Positions 27,880 to 42,236 are shown, counted from the first letter of the stretch. The stretch: DNA of 64,000 bases from Octopus sinensis (GCF_006345805.1 NC_043003.1:56606001-56670000); one strand, 5' to 3'. The notes: generated from the sequence alone by a model not told the origin. Translations and numbers: made by a program.

Positions 27880-28140
27880 GTTTGAGTACTAGGTTCTTTT
27901 TGTCTTCGCTGAACGCCTTCCGTTGTAATGGTTCATTCTCGACACTCACCGTTTGACCAGCGGTGTGTGTGAAAATAACTCCTCATATTGGAACTCTAAT
28001 ATTTCCCTGTATTTGACCATCTCACATCTTCTCAGATGAAGGGATATCCCTAATATCCCGGAAGCAGCGGTAAGACTATCTTTCTCTTTATAAATGTCCA
28101 GAAAACTCCGCACAGCCTTGGCTTTGTTGTCTCATTTCAC
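27880..28140 (+). mobile_element. Decayed Penelope-like terminal repeat with a degenerate hammerhead
   Basis: TCT-CAGATGA-A-GGGATA...TATCCC-GGAAGC-AGCG-GTA-AGA (28030-28075); resembles the 1.4 kb motif. Confidence 0.45.
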
Positions 28141-28183
28141 GTTACCTATCTGTATGTGTGTATCTGTGTGTGTTTGTGTCTGC

Positions 28184-28214
<31 letters not shown>

Positions 28215-28737
28215 TACACATACGCGGGTGCGTGCACACACACACACACACACAAATACGCGCGCTCACACATACACACACTGACACGTCGCACAAACAC
28301 GCACGTAAACACGCACATTTTACATATCTCATTCAACAAAAACGTGCAATAGATTTCAAAATACGTACAGCTCTTAAATCTTCGAGTCAACTCGTCAGAT
28401 GTTTTGGCTTAGGTTACATAAAACTATACTCCAGCTATTATAATCGATATATAATTATGATGATACATGTGTATATGCATAATAAGTTGTAAAAGACACT
28501 ATTTATACATGATATTATAAAGATCAATTACTTTACTCCGACTTGATTATATGAATAAATTATTGTAATGTATAGTCATAAAAATATATATTTAGCATTG
28601 CTTGTTCTAAATTGTCTGGACGAGGATATATCTCCGGAAATTTCAATACAATCTATAGCAAACACATGTATATATGTATGTGCACACCCACAGCAACCTT
28701 TTTATAATTACACATATATACATATATATGTATACAT

Positions 28738-28822
<85 letters not shown>

Positions 28823-28859
28823 TGTATGTATGTATGTTATATATATATATATATAATAT

Positions 28860-28919
<60 letters not shown>

Positions 28920-29107
28920 CTTTGTGTCTGTGCATAATTACACACGCAGAGTACGTATATGAGTGTGTTCATAGCGAGGTATATATATATATATGTGTGT
29001 GTGTATACACACACATAAACACACATCTATATGATTTGTATGCACAATTACACATTTATTTATGAATCATATATCTTATAAGTATATATAAGTACATATA
29101 TATATAA

Positions 29108-29166
<59 letters not shown>

Positions 29167-29169
29167 CAA

Positions 29170-29207
<38 letters not shown>

Positions 29208-29539
29208 TATATATATCTACTCACACACATACGGACACACACGCGCGCTTAAGTACAGAGTTATATACGACCGCACATTCAGGATTTAATGATCTACCTT
29301 ATTTTGTCCGTTCAAAGTTTGAGCGGAGTGGCGCCATAGTCTTCGCGCATTTCATATTGCTTCAGTCTACTGAGATTAACAATACGTACGAGCTTTTATA
29401 CTGCTTCCTCCTCTTTCCCAGAAGCCTTCATCACGTATTAGATCGTGGCTATTCCCTTGGTCAACAAAGAATGCTTTCTATTTACGTGTTTAAATTTATT
29501 CAAGAGGCAGTAGATATTGGTTTCACATTTTGGCGGAAG

Positions 29540-29722
29540 GCCAGCAAGTTCGGAGGAGGTGTAATTCAAATACATCTACCCTTGTGTTCAACTGGTTGTT
29601 TTTGTTATCGACCCCGAAATGATGAAGAGTAAAGTCGTGCCGCCGGAATTTGAACTCAGAACGTAAATTCGGAAGAATTTATTCCCGGTGCCGTAACGAT
29701 TCTGCCATCTCGTCGCCTTAGA
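29540..29722 (-). mobile_element. SINE family A, degenerate
   Basis: TTATCGACCCCGAAAT...GGAATTTGAACTCAGAACGT core. Confidence 0.7.
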
Positions 29723-31267
29723 TACAGTGAATACTATTGGATTAAAGATAATGTGTCTCCCCACCAGTAAAACAATATTTAAAAAGTCGCCAAGGGAACT
29801 GATAGCCCTTCACAAAATAGTAAACGTGCAGTTTCAAACATGAGAAGGCAAAGGGAGTCGTTACATATCAAAATTGTTCCATCACCATCACACTGGAGAC
29901 ATCCAAAATGCTTCAAACCAGTTACTTTGAATTAAATGAAGAAATTTCTCCGCTTCTTTTACCCATGTAGCAAATTGTCGAATTATACAGTTCCGGAAAA
30001 TTATCTTATTTACACTAGGGTGAGTAGCTTTAAACGTGGGGGTGAGTATTATATCTATAACCCTGCAAATTGTGGGCGAAATTCGCTGCTATGTCATACG
30101 AACGAACACACGCATGCACACACGGATATATGAAGATTGATCAATTGCGGCCGTAGGTTACAACTGTTTAGGTATTTAGGTATTTGTGTGCGTATTTGTG
30201 TGCGAGTGTGTGCGTGTTTGTGTATGTGTGTGTGTGTTTGCCTATGTGTATGTGTATATGTGTGTGTGCCTATGTACGTATGCCTATGTTCGTGGTTTTT
30301 TTTCCATTCAAATTGCACTTTGATCATTGAATTCTTTAGTTTTCCAACTATGGATCAAAATTGTTTCGGCACTTTCAGACGGTATCATTCACCCAACGAT
30401 TGTTGGCCCTAAATAACTGCGTCTTTGCTTCAACACCTATTCTTTATGCAGGCATAATACCGAACGTTTTCAAAGTTGTGATAAGTCAACCATAGATAAA
30501 TCATTATTTTGTTTTTAAATATATACTCATTCATGTAAACACACACTCACGCACACACATCCAGTCTTGTATACATACATACACACACATATTTAATTCA
30601 TGGTACAACAGCTCTTAGGGAAAAGTCGATTATAACAGGTTTTGCCATTCCTTTCATCATAGAATTGTGAAAAGCATGAGCAACAAAATAGGTGTAACAA
30701 AAAAGACTTGAGGCATACCCAAGCATGCTTTTAATAAATAGGGGAAAATTGCTATAAGTATTGATTACTTACACATTTGTTGGTGTCTGTGTGAATGTTT
30801 ATATAATTACGATTGACAAATGTACATAGGCAATATAATTAATTCTGTATTGCATAATTCCATTCTACAGCTAACCCATATCAAAAGCACTGCACCGTTG
30901 TCAAACCTGCATTTTATTTTAGACACAAAAACATCAAACCACATTCGAGTCAGAAATTTGACTAAATATTCATATATTGGAATGAATATCATACTATTTA
31001 TCAATATTACCTTCTGTGAATTATGCGTAAAGGATATTTCTGGTGCGAACGATATTTCGGTTTTTGTAAAACTACTTCATCAGAGACACACCTTTTACGT
31101 AAGAGGTTTCCACTCTTTCCAATACTTTAATAACTGTCTCCTACGACACCATTGATGTTTACACAATTCTATAAGAATAATAATACACACACAAATATAT
31201 ATATATATACATATATTAATATACATGTATATATGAATATATGAATGTATACCGTTATATACTTGTA

Positions 31268-31327
<60 letters not shown>

Positions 31328-31360
31328 TACATATATATATATATATAATATATATATATT

Positions 31361-31440
<80 letters not shown>

Positions 31441-32330
31441 ATATGTAATGTATGTATGTGTTTCTGTATGTGTGAATTCGCGTAGGTGCATATGCATTCA
31501 TATACAGATTCTTCAACAAATTACATCGATCTTCACATGTTGACTGGGTATCATCATAATTTCGGCATACATGCAAACACACACACACACACATGCGCGC
31601 ACACAAACTCAAAGTCAAACACAGGTGCATTCATATCACTCTCACACTTTCACAAGTATATATATATATACTCGTATATATATGCTAACAACATATTTCT
31701 GTGCATTTGTGTGTATATATATGCTTGAATGTACGTCCAAATATTTATAGGCATATATTGTTTTCATTCATCTTATGATGTCTTACATAATCAAATGCGC
31801 ATAGTATACCCATTTCTTTGGACTGTTTAAAGGTGTGATCGATATTTCTTAAACTCGGTGCAAATATGACTTTATATATCAGCCATGGGTTTCGTTCAAT
31901 GTTCTTTATTGATGACTTCGCATACCGACAAATTTGGCTTCGCTAATAACTGATAACTGTAGAAAGTTCCCGCTTTGTACTTGGCGCATATGAATATAGT
32001 TACGCTATCGTGTTATTCCTTTTTATTACATGAGCAGCTGATTTTGTTCAAGGATCGCAAGTTGAATTCTGAACAAGTGCAAATAATGTTATGGTTACTT
32101 TGATTGATGTCGTAATCATTTCTTTCACTGTATAATATGCGACATAATATTTAGAAATATTTAGATATATTGCTATATGTGGGCGATTTATGTTTTAATT
32201 TAATTGTAGTACTGGTGACCTGTTTTATTTCTGTTGTAATTAATACTATGAATTTTTTTGACCCCTTGCTTTTACTCCCTCCCCTCACTTAGCAGTCATT
32301 CAAATAGCTCTTTTGTCTTAATAACGGTCA

Positions 32331-32480
32331 ATCACACAGTAATTTCCCTTTGTATAACGGTCATTTTCATAGCATATTTTCCGATGGCCGAATAACTGAA
32401 GAGATTTCCACCTCGGCATCCGAAACTCGGAGTTTTATCATGGCTACCGAATAATTGTCAAATATCACATTTACAGACGT
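32331..32480 (+). mobile_element. Interspersed repeat with a hammerhead-like motif (second copy at 43880-44040)
   Basis: ATAA-CTGAAGA-GAT...ATCC-GAAAC-TCGGA-GTT-TTAT; alignable to 43880-44040. Confidence 0.55.
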
Positions 32481-32576
32481 ATAAATATAAATATATATAT
32501 ATATAACGGGAAGCTTTATGAAAATAAACAAAAGACGAAGGCAGGTGGATTACAATATATATATTTATATATATAA

Positions 32577-32971
32577 ATAAATAAATGAAAGAATGGAGTC
32601 GGGCGACGATTTAAAAAAATTCCTTTACTCTCGACATATGTTTCGAAGACTGCATATTCCCAATTCCGAAGGAATAAGGGGTGCATTATGCCGCCTTCTC
32701 ATCATGAAAGTCAAGGAACTTATGTCGGCATCATGACGAACAAAAACTTTTAGATGACTGCCCACACGCACTATGGACTCTGTGTGGGCAATAATCTAAA
32801 AGTTTTTGTTCGTCATGGTGCTGACATAAGTTCCTTGACTTTCCTGATGAGAAGGCGGCATAATGCACCCCTTATTCCTTCGGAATTAGGAATATGCAGT
32901 CTTCGAAACATATGTCGAGAATAAAGGAATTTTGTTAAATCGTCGTCCGACACCATTCTTTCATTCATTTA
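32577..32971. repeat. ~395 bp near-perfect palindrome of two head-to-head hammerhead-bearing copies
   Basis: Arms ~32577-32767 and 32782-32971 around a 14-nt loop (32768-32781). The left-arm ribozyme (minus strand) has ATGATGA (C3A). Confidence 0.9.
32840..32920 (+). ncRNA. Type I hammerhead ribozyme, intact core
   Basis: TTTC-CTGATGA (32844-50)-GAAGGC...GTCTTC-GAAAC-ATAT-GTC-GAGA. Palindromic stem III ACATATGT; long structured stem II; cut predicted after 32916. Confidence 0.82.
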
Positions 32972-33116
32972 TAGTAAAAAAACACACAAATTTCCTCACG
33001 AAAGCACGTGATCTCTGCCCTTGCCAGGTAGCTTCAACCGTGTTTTCTGGCGTGAATTTGCTACCCAGGTATTGGTTAACCGAATTATCCATACTAGGAT
33101 AATTCATTCAACTACT

Positions 33117-33188
<72 letters not shown>

Positions 33189-33778
33189 AAAAAAGGGAGA
33201 TGTTGAACACGAGTGCTGATATATAAAAAGGGAAATGAAGAAAATGCTGACAAATAATTGAAGTAATTTAAGTAATTTAATTAGGTGAAAGTTATTTTTA
33301 CCGGTTGCGCATTTGTTATGCTTATCAAAATATAAAAGAGAGATTAGAGTTCCTTTCTTATAGAATTTTCCTCTTATCTGACTTATGTTGGGTTTGCTGT
33401 CTCTTATATGTGAAAAAAAGAGGCTCCAGAGTTGTTTTGGATTTGCTTGGTTTCGCGCCTAAAATTTTGATTGGTCATTATGAAGGGGTCACGTGAATGT
33501 TTGAATGGAAGTTGGTGTTGGGGTAAGAAAAAAGGCTCCAGAGAAGTTAAAATTTGGCTAGTGTCCCGCCTAAAATTTCTTATTGGCCATAATAGAGAGG
33601 TCACGTGAATGTTTAGAATTTTCGAAAATAGTGTTGTTGAAAATTCTTATTGTTCAGGCTGGTCAGTAGACGTCATGTGGATATTTTAAATAGCTTTTTA
33701 GCGCGTAGTTAGGGAGTGTATTTTCCGCTTGACTGGATAAGTAAGTTCGTTTAGAACAGGGAGAGCTGTATGTATGTA

Positions 33779-33836
<58 letters not shown>

Positions 33837-33837
<1 letters not shown>

Positions 33838-34069
33838 ATTTCTTTATTACCCACAAGGGGCTAAAGACAGAGGGGACAAACAAGGACAGACATAGGTATT
33901 AGGTCGATTACATCGACCCCAGTACGTAACTGGTACTTAATTTATCGACCCCGAAAGGATGAAAGGCAAAGTCGACCTCGGCGGAATTTGAACTCAGAAC
34001 GTTAACGACAGACGAAATACGGCTACGCATTTCGCCCGGCGTGCTAACGTTTCTGCCAGCTCGCCGCCT
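33837..34069 (-). mobile_element. SINE family A, full-length
   Basis: Near-identical reverse complement of 47219-47454. Confidence 0.85.
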
Positions 34070-34199
34070 GATATATATATACCTGTCACATAAGCTCTAT
34101 TTCAAAGAGAAAATGAACTCATGACCTAGTATAGAATAGATTTCCATGAGAGACTTGTGGGGTTTTAATTGACTGATATTATTCATGGTGATGTCATAA

Positions 34200-34480
34200 T
34201 TATTTTCTGGACCTTCTGCAAACGCCATCACATTTTGTATCTTCGTTTCTTTCCAATATTTTGGCATGGATCTTCTAAATGACAGGTTTTTATAGTCTAC
34301 AAGTTGTTGATGCATTTCTTTATGTTGTCTTCGTTGAATGCCAGTTAGGATGTGTGGGCGTTCGGAAACTGTTTTTGATCAAGTTCAGTATTTATTTGTA
34401 AGTCTAATATTTACCTTGAAATTATACGGGGGATTATACCAGGTAACATATCTCGTCAAGATGATTGCTGCTTCTCGATA
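34200..34480 (-). pseudogene. Penelope-like element ORF remnant (RT to GIY-YIG linker region)
   Basis: Manual translation with frameshifts gives RYVTWYNPPYNFKVN then FPNAHTS*LAFNEDNIKK, matching the WxNPPY ... FPxxHxL..IFN pattern of PLE proteins. Confidence 0.55.
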
Positions 34481-35695
34481 ATGCAAAATTTAATGTTTCT
34501 TAAGATATGCTTGTTCCATGTGTGTGTGAATGTTTATTTCTGCGTGCATATTTAATGGAACTTGATACGACACTATAGTAGTGCCTTTGCACACAAACGC
34601 ACACTCATACAAATATATTTATTTATGCATATACGCATGCATATATATGAGTGTATGTACGTGTGTGTGTGTCAGTGTATATGTCTGTATGAGTATGTAT
34701 ATTTAGATATATAAATATATATGTATATATAAGTATATAAGTATATATATATGTGTGTGTGTTCGTATGTGTATATATATGTGCGCGTACATATGTTATA
34801 TATATACACAAACACACACATACACATGTATATAAACTTAATCTGTATAAACGTCATTTCTTTGTATAAGTCTAAACCATTAAATAGCTGTTTCTATATA
34901 TTTTTATTTAGGCCTTTATACTGATAGCAAATCCCGTTTAAATGAACAAAGACAGGCTTCATTAACTCTCTCCTGATTACATATCCATTTGTAAATAGCT
35001 GCTAAGATAAATACCTAAATACCGAAAGGCATACTTTATCGTGTATATATGCACATTAGGAACAAGCTTTCAGTGTTGTAGGAGTAGTTATACCCTACCT
35101 AGTACACAATTATGAAAAATTAATTACCAACTATTGTTTTTATATTTTACTTATTTTCAATCACTGGAATGTAATCATGCAGCAGCGATACCAGGAATAA
35201 TTTACTTGGAAAAATGGAAACATGGTTAAAATCCAATCTTTTTTGTATCTAGATATCTTTTTTTCGAACTGCTAGGTTACGGGAATGTACACAAGTCAAT
35301 ACCGGTTGGCAAGATTTAGTGGAGAATCACAACCACAAAGAAACAACATACCCTGTTGTTGATGTTCATATTTCGTATGAAGGATGTTTTGATTTAGGTT
35401 AAAAACTCGGCGCTTTCTCTATTGTAATTGCAATATATATATATATTATATATATATATATATTATATATATATATATATATACATATAAGAGTAAACAA
35501 GAGAGACAGAGACAGGCAGAAACAAGGAAAATGCCGCTTGTATTTGAACAAATATTATTTTGAAAAAAACTTTTTAAAATTTTTCTAAATTTAATTGTTT
35601 TCCATACTTAGAGCTGAAAAAGTTTCAATAACTGAAACTCGTGCTGAAATGTTCTTTATAAAATTATTTTAGCATTTTCTATCTTGACTTTTTTT

Positions 35696-35752
<57 letters not shown>

Positions 35753-36101
35753 ATGTGTGTGTGTTGTGTGTGTGTGTGTGTTGTGTGTGGTGTGTGTGTG
35801 TGTATGCGTGTATAATCTTGAAGTAAAACTGAATAATAACGTATATACATAGAAACATCAAAAACAAACACAATGCCCATTGTATGGATTAGCAGAGAAC
35901 ACTTGTGTCTGAAAAGTTTGACGCAAGCATACACAAAATACCCATATAAAGAAATTTTCTTTGTTAGAAGTTCATGGCATTCTGCTTTCAAAAATTTAAA
36001 ATAGCGTTTAAGAAAATGATTCATTAAATATTGTGTGTGTAACGAATACTTTTTACAAAATCCTATTCAGATAGGATTGTGTGTACATTGTGTGTGTGTG
36101 T

Positions 36102-36172
<71 letters not shown>

Positions 36173-36720
36173 AGTGTGTGCGTTGTGTGTGTGGGTGTAT
36201 AAGTATATCGGCAAAAGAGACTGATAGTATAAGTCTTACAAAGAATAAATCCTGAGGTCAATCTGTTCGAGTAAAGGCTCTACTCCAGCATGACTGAAAC
36301 AAATAAAAGAATACATATCTACTATGAAAATAATTTAATGTTATTTAATAATATTCTTCGTAATTTCGAAGAACTTTGGTACGCAGTTTTAATTCTTATT
36401 ATTATTTGCTACCGATTGTAGCTGCACTTGCGTAGTCGATTTAAAAAATTATAATGTTTACGAATGGAACACGTATGTCTGCGGTGTTGCATAACGATAC
36501 ATCAATTTTAACGCTGTTACTGCTGACGCACGGATGGCAAAATATTTTCTTTCCACATTCATGTTGAAACACGTCTATAAGGGTAGCTATTGAAATGTTT
36601 ATATTTTTCATTCCCTTTGTAATTAGTCTTATTCGTGGTTTGGGCTTTAACTGCCCTTTCCATTGTGTAAGATGTCTTTAAGAGGACACCTCTTTTGTGT
36701 ATAAAAACGTACACTAATTC

Positions 36721-36783
<63 letters not shown>

Positions 36784-37932
36784 TGATGCAATCACAATAT
36801 TTTACAGAAATGCTTTTTTTTTAAATATTAGATACTTAGCTATTTGTAAAGCTGAACAAGGAAAGCGATTAGATATGAAATATACACTGTATGGAAAAGT
36901 CTCCGTAAACGCTTGTGGCATCCACTGCTCTAAATAATATCTTTTTTAGATACCTAATAAATTGAAAGGTATATTTCTTTTAATATGGGTGCATGGTTTT
37001 ATATGTGCGTATGTGTTTGTGTTTATGTGAGAGAGAGGGGGTGGGAGAGAGAGAGAATATCTCGGCTTTCCACTCAGTTTCCGTCTTAAAGTTCATATTC
37101 CATCTCAACATATTGGTCGGCTTCAGACAACAATATGAAAAATCTAGGTCTCTTTACAAAGGTAGTACCTTAACAATACAGCCAGGCCTGCGCCTAAATA
37201 TATGATTTCTGATTTATATAAAACGTTGCGTTTTTCTCAAAATATTCTCTTCTATTCTAGGCACAAGGCCCGAAATTTTGGGGCACGGAACCAGTCGTTT
37301 TGATCGACCCCGTACGCGACTGTTACTTAATCATTCGACCCAGAAAAGATGAAAGAAAAGGTCACATTAAATAAATAATGTTTGTCGATCTCTTAGAGAG
37401 GTTTTAGAACTAGCATTTTTGCTAGTTCTAAATAAATAAATATAAATATAAATAATTTAATATTTACATTCTTTATATGAAATACGTATGTTATTTAAAT
37501 TGTAGTTAGGGAGATACAATTTAATTTGAGTTGTTAACAATGTACATACATAATGAGTTGTGATGTTATGAAACAAGTATGTCATTTGTTCACGTGAATT
37601 TTGAATGAAATTGAGTGTTATAAATTCAGAAATTTTTGTATCTCCGTTTAATTTCATTAGATATTGACAGGTTGCTGCATATGTATGATATTACATGTTG
37701 ATTTATCTATAATGAGAGTTAATTCTAAAATTGCAATATTTGATAATGCACAATAATAATATCTTCAATCGCATTGTTTGGAAAGAGAAATAATCGTATA
37801 CCAAATATTGTAACTTACAATGGTGGGCTCTAAATTTTATAGAAATTTTGTGGAAATAGCTCTCAGAAAACAACAAAAGCAACATCATGTGTATGCAGCC
37901 GTACAAACACACAAACACACAAACACACCTAT

Positions 37933-37988
<56 letters not shown>

Positions 37989-38122
37989 TAGATTGATAGA
38001 CAGATACATACAGACATACATACATACATACATATAAGGACATACACGTAACGTTTCTGTTTGCTTAACGGTGTTTATATACTTGAATTCCTATCGATCC
38101 TATCTAATTTCTTCTATATGTA

Positions 38123-38191
<69 letters not shown>

Positions 38192-38234
38192 AGCATGCAT
38201 ACAGAAATATCTGCATCTTTTACAATGCCGCATC

Positions 38235-38503
38235 CTAGCTATTTGTTCATGCTAGAACACTGCCTTGAATAATTTTTTGTCGAAAAAGGCAACTCCAGTA
38301 CTTATTTTTTAAGTTTGGTACTTAGCCTGTTTATCCGTTTGACGAACCGCTAGTTGACACGGGATGTTAACACACCAACACCGGTTGTCATAATGTGCTG
38401 GGAGACAAAAATAGACACCAAGACATACATAGGAGCTATGCAGTAGGGATGGACCCGGAACTATGTTGTTGTGAAGCAAGCTCGTTACCACACAGCCACA
38501 CAT
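38235..38503 (-). mobile_element. SINE family B, degenerate and internally deleted
   Basis: GAACCGCTA, GACCCGGAAC and AAGCAAGCT...CCACACAGCCAC remnants; other partial copies at ~4052-4205, 36200-36312 and 52330-52420. Confidence 0.6.
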
Positions 38504-38679
38504 GCGTCTGAATGTTTCATTAAATACACAACTAGTTTTCTTTTATCTTTTCTCTTTTCATAAATTATTAGCTTTGTACAGTTGGCTTGGAACAGCAGTG
38601 TTCCTCAAGCCATCCTGCCTTTCTGGACCATCATAGTCTCTTTATCAAGAAGTGAATTAAATATATTTAATTTGTGTTG

Positions 38680-39065
38680 TTGGCGAGCTGGCAGAAACGT
38701 TAGCGCGCCGGGCGAAATGCTTCGCAGTATTTCGTTTGCCGTTACGTTCTGAGTTCAAATTCCGCCGAGGTTGACGTTGCCTTCCATCTTTTCGGGGTCG
38801 ATGAATTAAGTACCAGTTACGCACTGGGTTGATGTAATCGACTTAATCCGCTTGTCTGTCCTTGTTTGTCCTCTCTTTGTTTAGCTCCATGTGGGTAGTA
38901 AAGAAATAGGTATTTCATTATCGTTGCGTTCTGAGTTCAAATGCCGTCGGAGTCAACATATTCTTTCGAGGTCGACAAATTAAGTGTCAGTGAAACACTT
39001 GGATCGATGTAGTCGACTATCCCCGTCCACCAAATTTCAAGCCTAGTGGCTTTAATAGAAAGGGT
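38680..39065 (+). mobile_element. SINE family A tandem (full A1 copy plus a 5'-truncated A2-tail copy)
   Basis: The first copy ends AAAGAAATA at 38908 and is joined directly to GGTATTTC...GAGTTCAAAT. Confidence 0.8.
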
Positions 39066-39327
39066 TAATATACTGATCAAAGTCCTGTAGACTTTACATG
39101 TTGATTTGTTATCCACGCTCAAGTCTCGACTAAGAATTATCCTACAAGGAAATATCTACACATTCTATATAATCCCACACGAAAATATCAGACGTGTAGT
39201 CATGATGGGTATACTGGGCTTCGTATATTTCACCCCAGTGTCACACTCATTGAAAAAAAAATAACAATAATGATGATGATGATGATAATTACGATGATGA
39301 AGACAATAATAATAATCATGTGTACTA

Positions 39328-39740
39328 TACGCACAAGGCCTGGAATTTTGAGGGTAATCGCTAGTCGATCAGATCGACCCTAGTACGTAACTGATACTTA
39401 TTTTTAGTCCCCAAAAGACTAAAAACAATGTGGAGCTCGATCGAATTCTAGCACAGTACGTAAAGGATAGGACAGAGATGCTGTTAAGAAGGAGGAGAAT
39501 TATTTCTCTTAATGTTACTATCGGCGGCGAGATGGCAGACACGTTAGCGCGTCGGGCGAAATGCTGAGCGGTATTTCGTCTGTGGTTACGTTCTGAGTTC
39601 AAATTCCGTCGAGGTCGACTTTGCCTTTTATCCTTTCTGGGTCGATAAATAAAGTACCAGTTCTGCACTGGTGTCGATGTAATCGACTTAATCCCTTTGT
39701 CTGTCCTTGTTTGTCCCCTCTATGTTTAGCCCTTTGTGTG
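39328..39740. mobile_element. Two SINE family A copies head-to-head (minus 39328-39485, plus 39523-39740)
   Basis: Core motifs in opposite orientations. Confidence 0.75.
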
Positions 39741-41031
39741 AAGCTATATCAGCTTGCAACGCTTGTTACACTTTAAATCAAGTCGATGGAGTACTGTGCA
39801 GGCTTCATATTATCTGACGTTGTTGCCTATTTCTTCATCCGAAGTGTTCTTTGGTATGACGCATAATGAATTCTTTCAAAATCCAATAATGCTCTACCAT
39901 CAAAAATTGTTTTCTCAACTTTGCTCTCTGAGTTGTTCTTCCAGGTTCTCAAAAGAAATAGCAAATTTCTTCATTCATCTTAAGGATTTTATACCTTTGT
40001 TTGTATTCTTCCCATGTTTCGGAATTCTGGTAATACTCATTCGGAATTCTGTTAAAACTCATTCGAACAAGATGTAAACGCCACCTACAGAAATTCTAAA
40101 GTTCTTTTTTACAGCAAACCCAACACTTCTCACGCACTCACTCACTCACTCACTAACTTTCTAACAGACTCATTCGCTCGTTTTTTTTTTCTCTGATTCT
40201 CTTTGTCTCTCTCTCTTACCCTTTGTGTTCTTTTTCCCTGCTTTCCCGTTCCAACAGAACGTACAGCATACATTCACTTCGTTAGCAATTCTAAAAGTCC
40301 AGCGATACCAATATCTCCTTAATTCATTTGCTAAAAGACTATTTGAATTAGAATATAAGTCATTCTTTCTGCTAAATTTTCACATCCAGAGAAAATATGG
40401 TGCAAATATTCCAATAACCGACCTTCGGATTCATGTTGACGATGTACTTGCATTTTTTTAGCTATCAATCCTTTTCCTCTTTTTATTATTTTACCGCAAA
40501 AAACGGACAACCATCATTTTCAACATGATGACCAGTTTGAATTCAGATAGACATTTGTTTCGAACAACTATCCTGGTTCCCTCTCACATTGGTTATCACT
40601 AGCGAAGTCCTTAATACGCTGCTTAGTCGTCAAATATGCTACAGAGCTGCTGTCACTACCTGTTTTTTTTCTTCTTTCAAAACAACATTATGATATCCAC
40701 TGGAACCACCTCTGTGCAATCTTGCAGCTTCGTACAACAAATCTACAAAATTGTACGTGTCCCAAGTCCTCTATCACCATTGGTCATTCAAGAAGAACAA
40801 ATCATGACGGTAAACAATTCTTTCCAAACTAACTATGCGAGCTCTCCGCTCTCTCTTCATCGCTAACATGTGAACCACTAAAAAATAATTCATGGGTGGG
40901 TGATCGGCGAAAAACTGGGAAATCCACCAAGCTTGGAATGTAGGAAGGCGCCTTTTGGACAACCTGACGGTTGAAACACAGGTCGCATCAAAGAGCGGAG
41001 AAAAGTCAACGATCATTCACTTGTGAGTACA

Positions 41032-41076
<45 letters not shown>

Positions 41077-41993
41077 CATGCATACTCACGTATTTATATA
41101 CACACACAAATATATATATAGCGGTGGTGCCCCAGCATGGCCGCGGCCTTCGGGTTAAAACATTTTTAAGGATTTAAGGATTTATATATATATATATGTT
41201 TATTTATATCTATATGAGTGTTTATTTTCTGCATGTGTGTGTGTGTGTATAAGTCAGTTAAATTTAAGCATTTAGATTAATGCTGCCTTAATTTAAGTTA
41301 TTTCTACACACCGTTAAGAAATATCGCAAATATCGCGAAATTAGCTTCATACGTTATACCACAGAATGAAAACCAATATACATCTTCATTCTAGATATTT
41401 GTAAAGAAATTCTTCAGTTAAATTTTAAAATGTCATATACCCACTACAGTATACAAATCACATAATACTTTAAATTGAAGTAGGTGTGATATATCAGACA
41501 AATAATAAAAGCAAAATTTGCAATGTAAATTTCGTAAACATAATTAAAATTATACAATGTAGATAATAAATAACATCACAAATTTTATTATTCAACTGAT
41601 ATCAATCATATAGTATATTTTTTTAATTTATCTTAAGTTATGTGAGTTGAATTTGGTATATAGAAACTCTCCAGAACCCCGTTGTATATGAATATATGTG
41701 TGTATGCGTGTATATATATATATATCTTAGTGTGTGTTTGTGTATGTGTGTTATGTGCGTGCGTATGTATACATCGATAGTTGCACACGCACGCTCATAT
41801 GTATTGTAACTACTGATATCGCCCTTTAGATGCTCCTCTCATTGTTTACCTTAAATACATATACACGTGAGCGTGTGTGTGTTTTTTCCATTATTGAAAT
41901 TAAGTGTAACGAAACTTTAAACAGCTTACAGAATAATGAAATATGAAGGGAAAATTGAAGCTAATACAGAAAATATACATACGTATAAACATT

Positions 41994-42027
<34 letters not shown>

Positions 42028-42205
42028 CATGTATATATATATATATGCATATATTATATACATATATATATATATATATACATATATATATGCATATATA
42101 TATATACATATATATATACATATATATATATATAATACATATATATATACGCATATATATATATACATATATATATTGCATATATATATATACATATATA
42201 TATAC

Positions 42206-42236
<31 letters not shown>

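Noticed and set aside
39754-40077. 107-aa ORF and a protein-like opposite frame
   Set aside because: No recognisable domain or splice signals; possibly a decayed TE.
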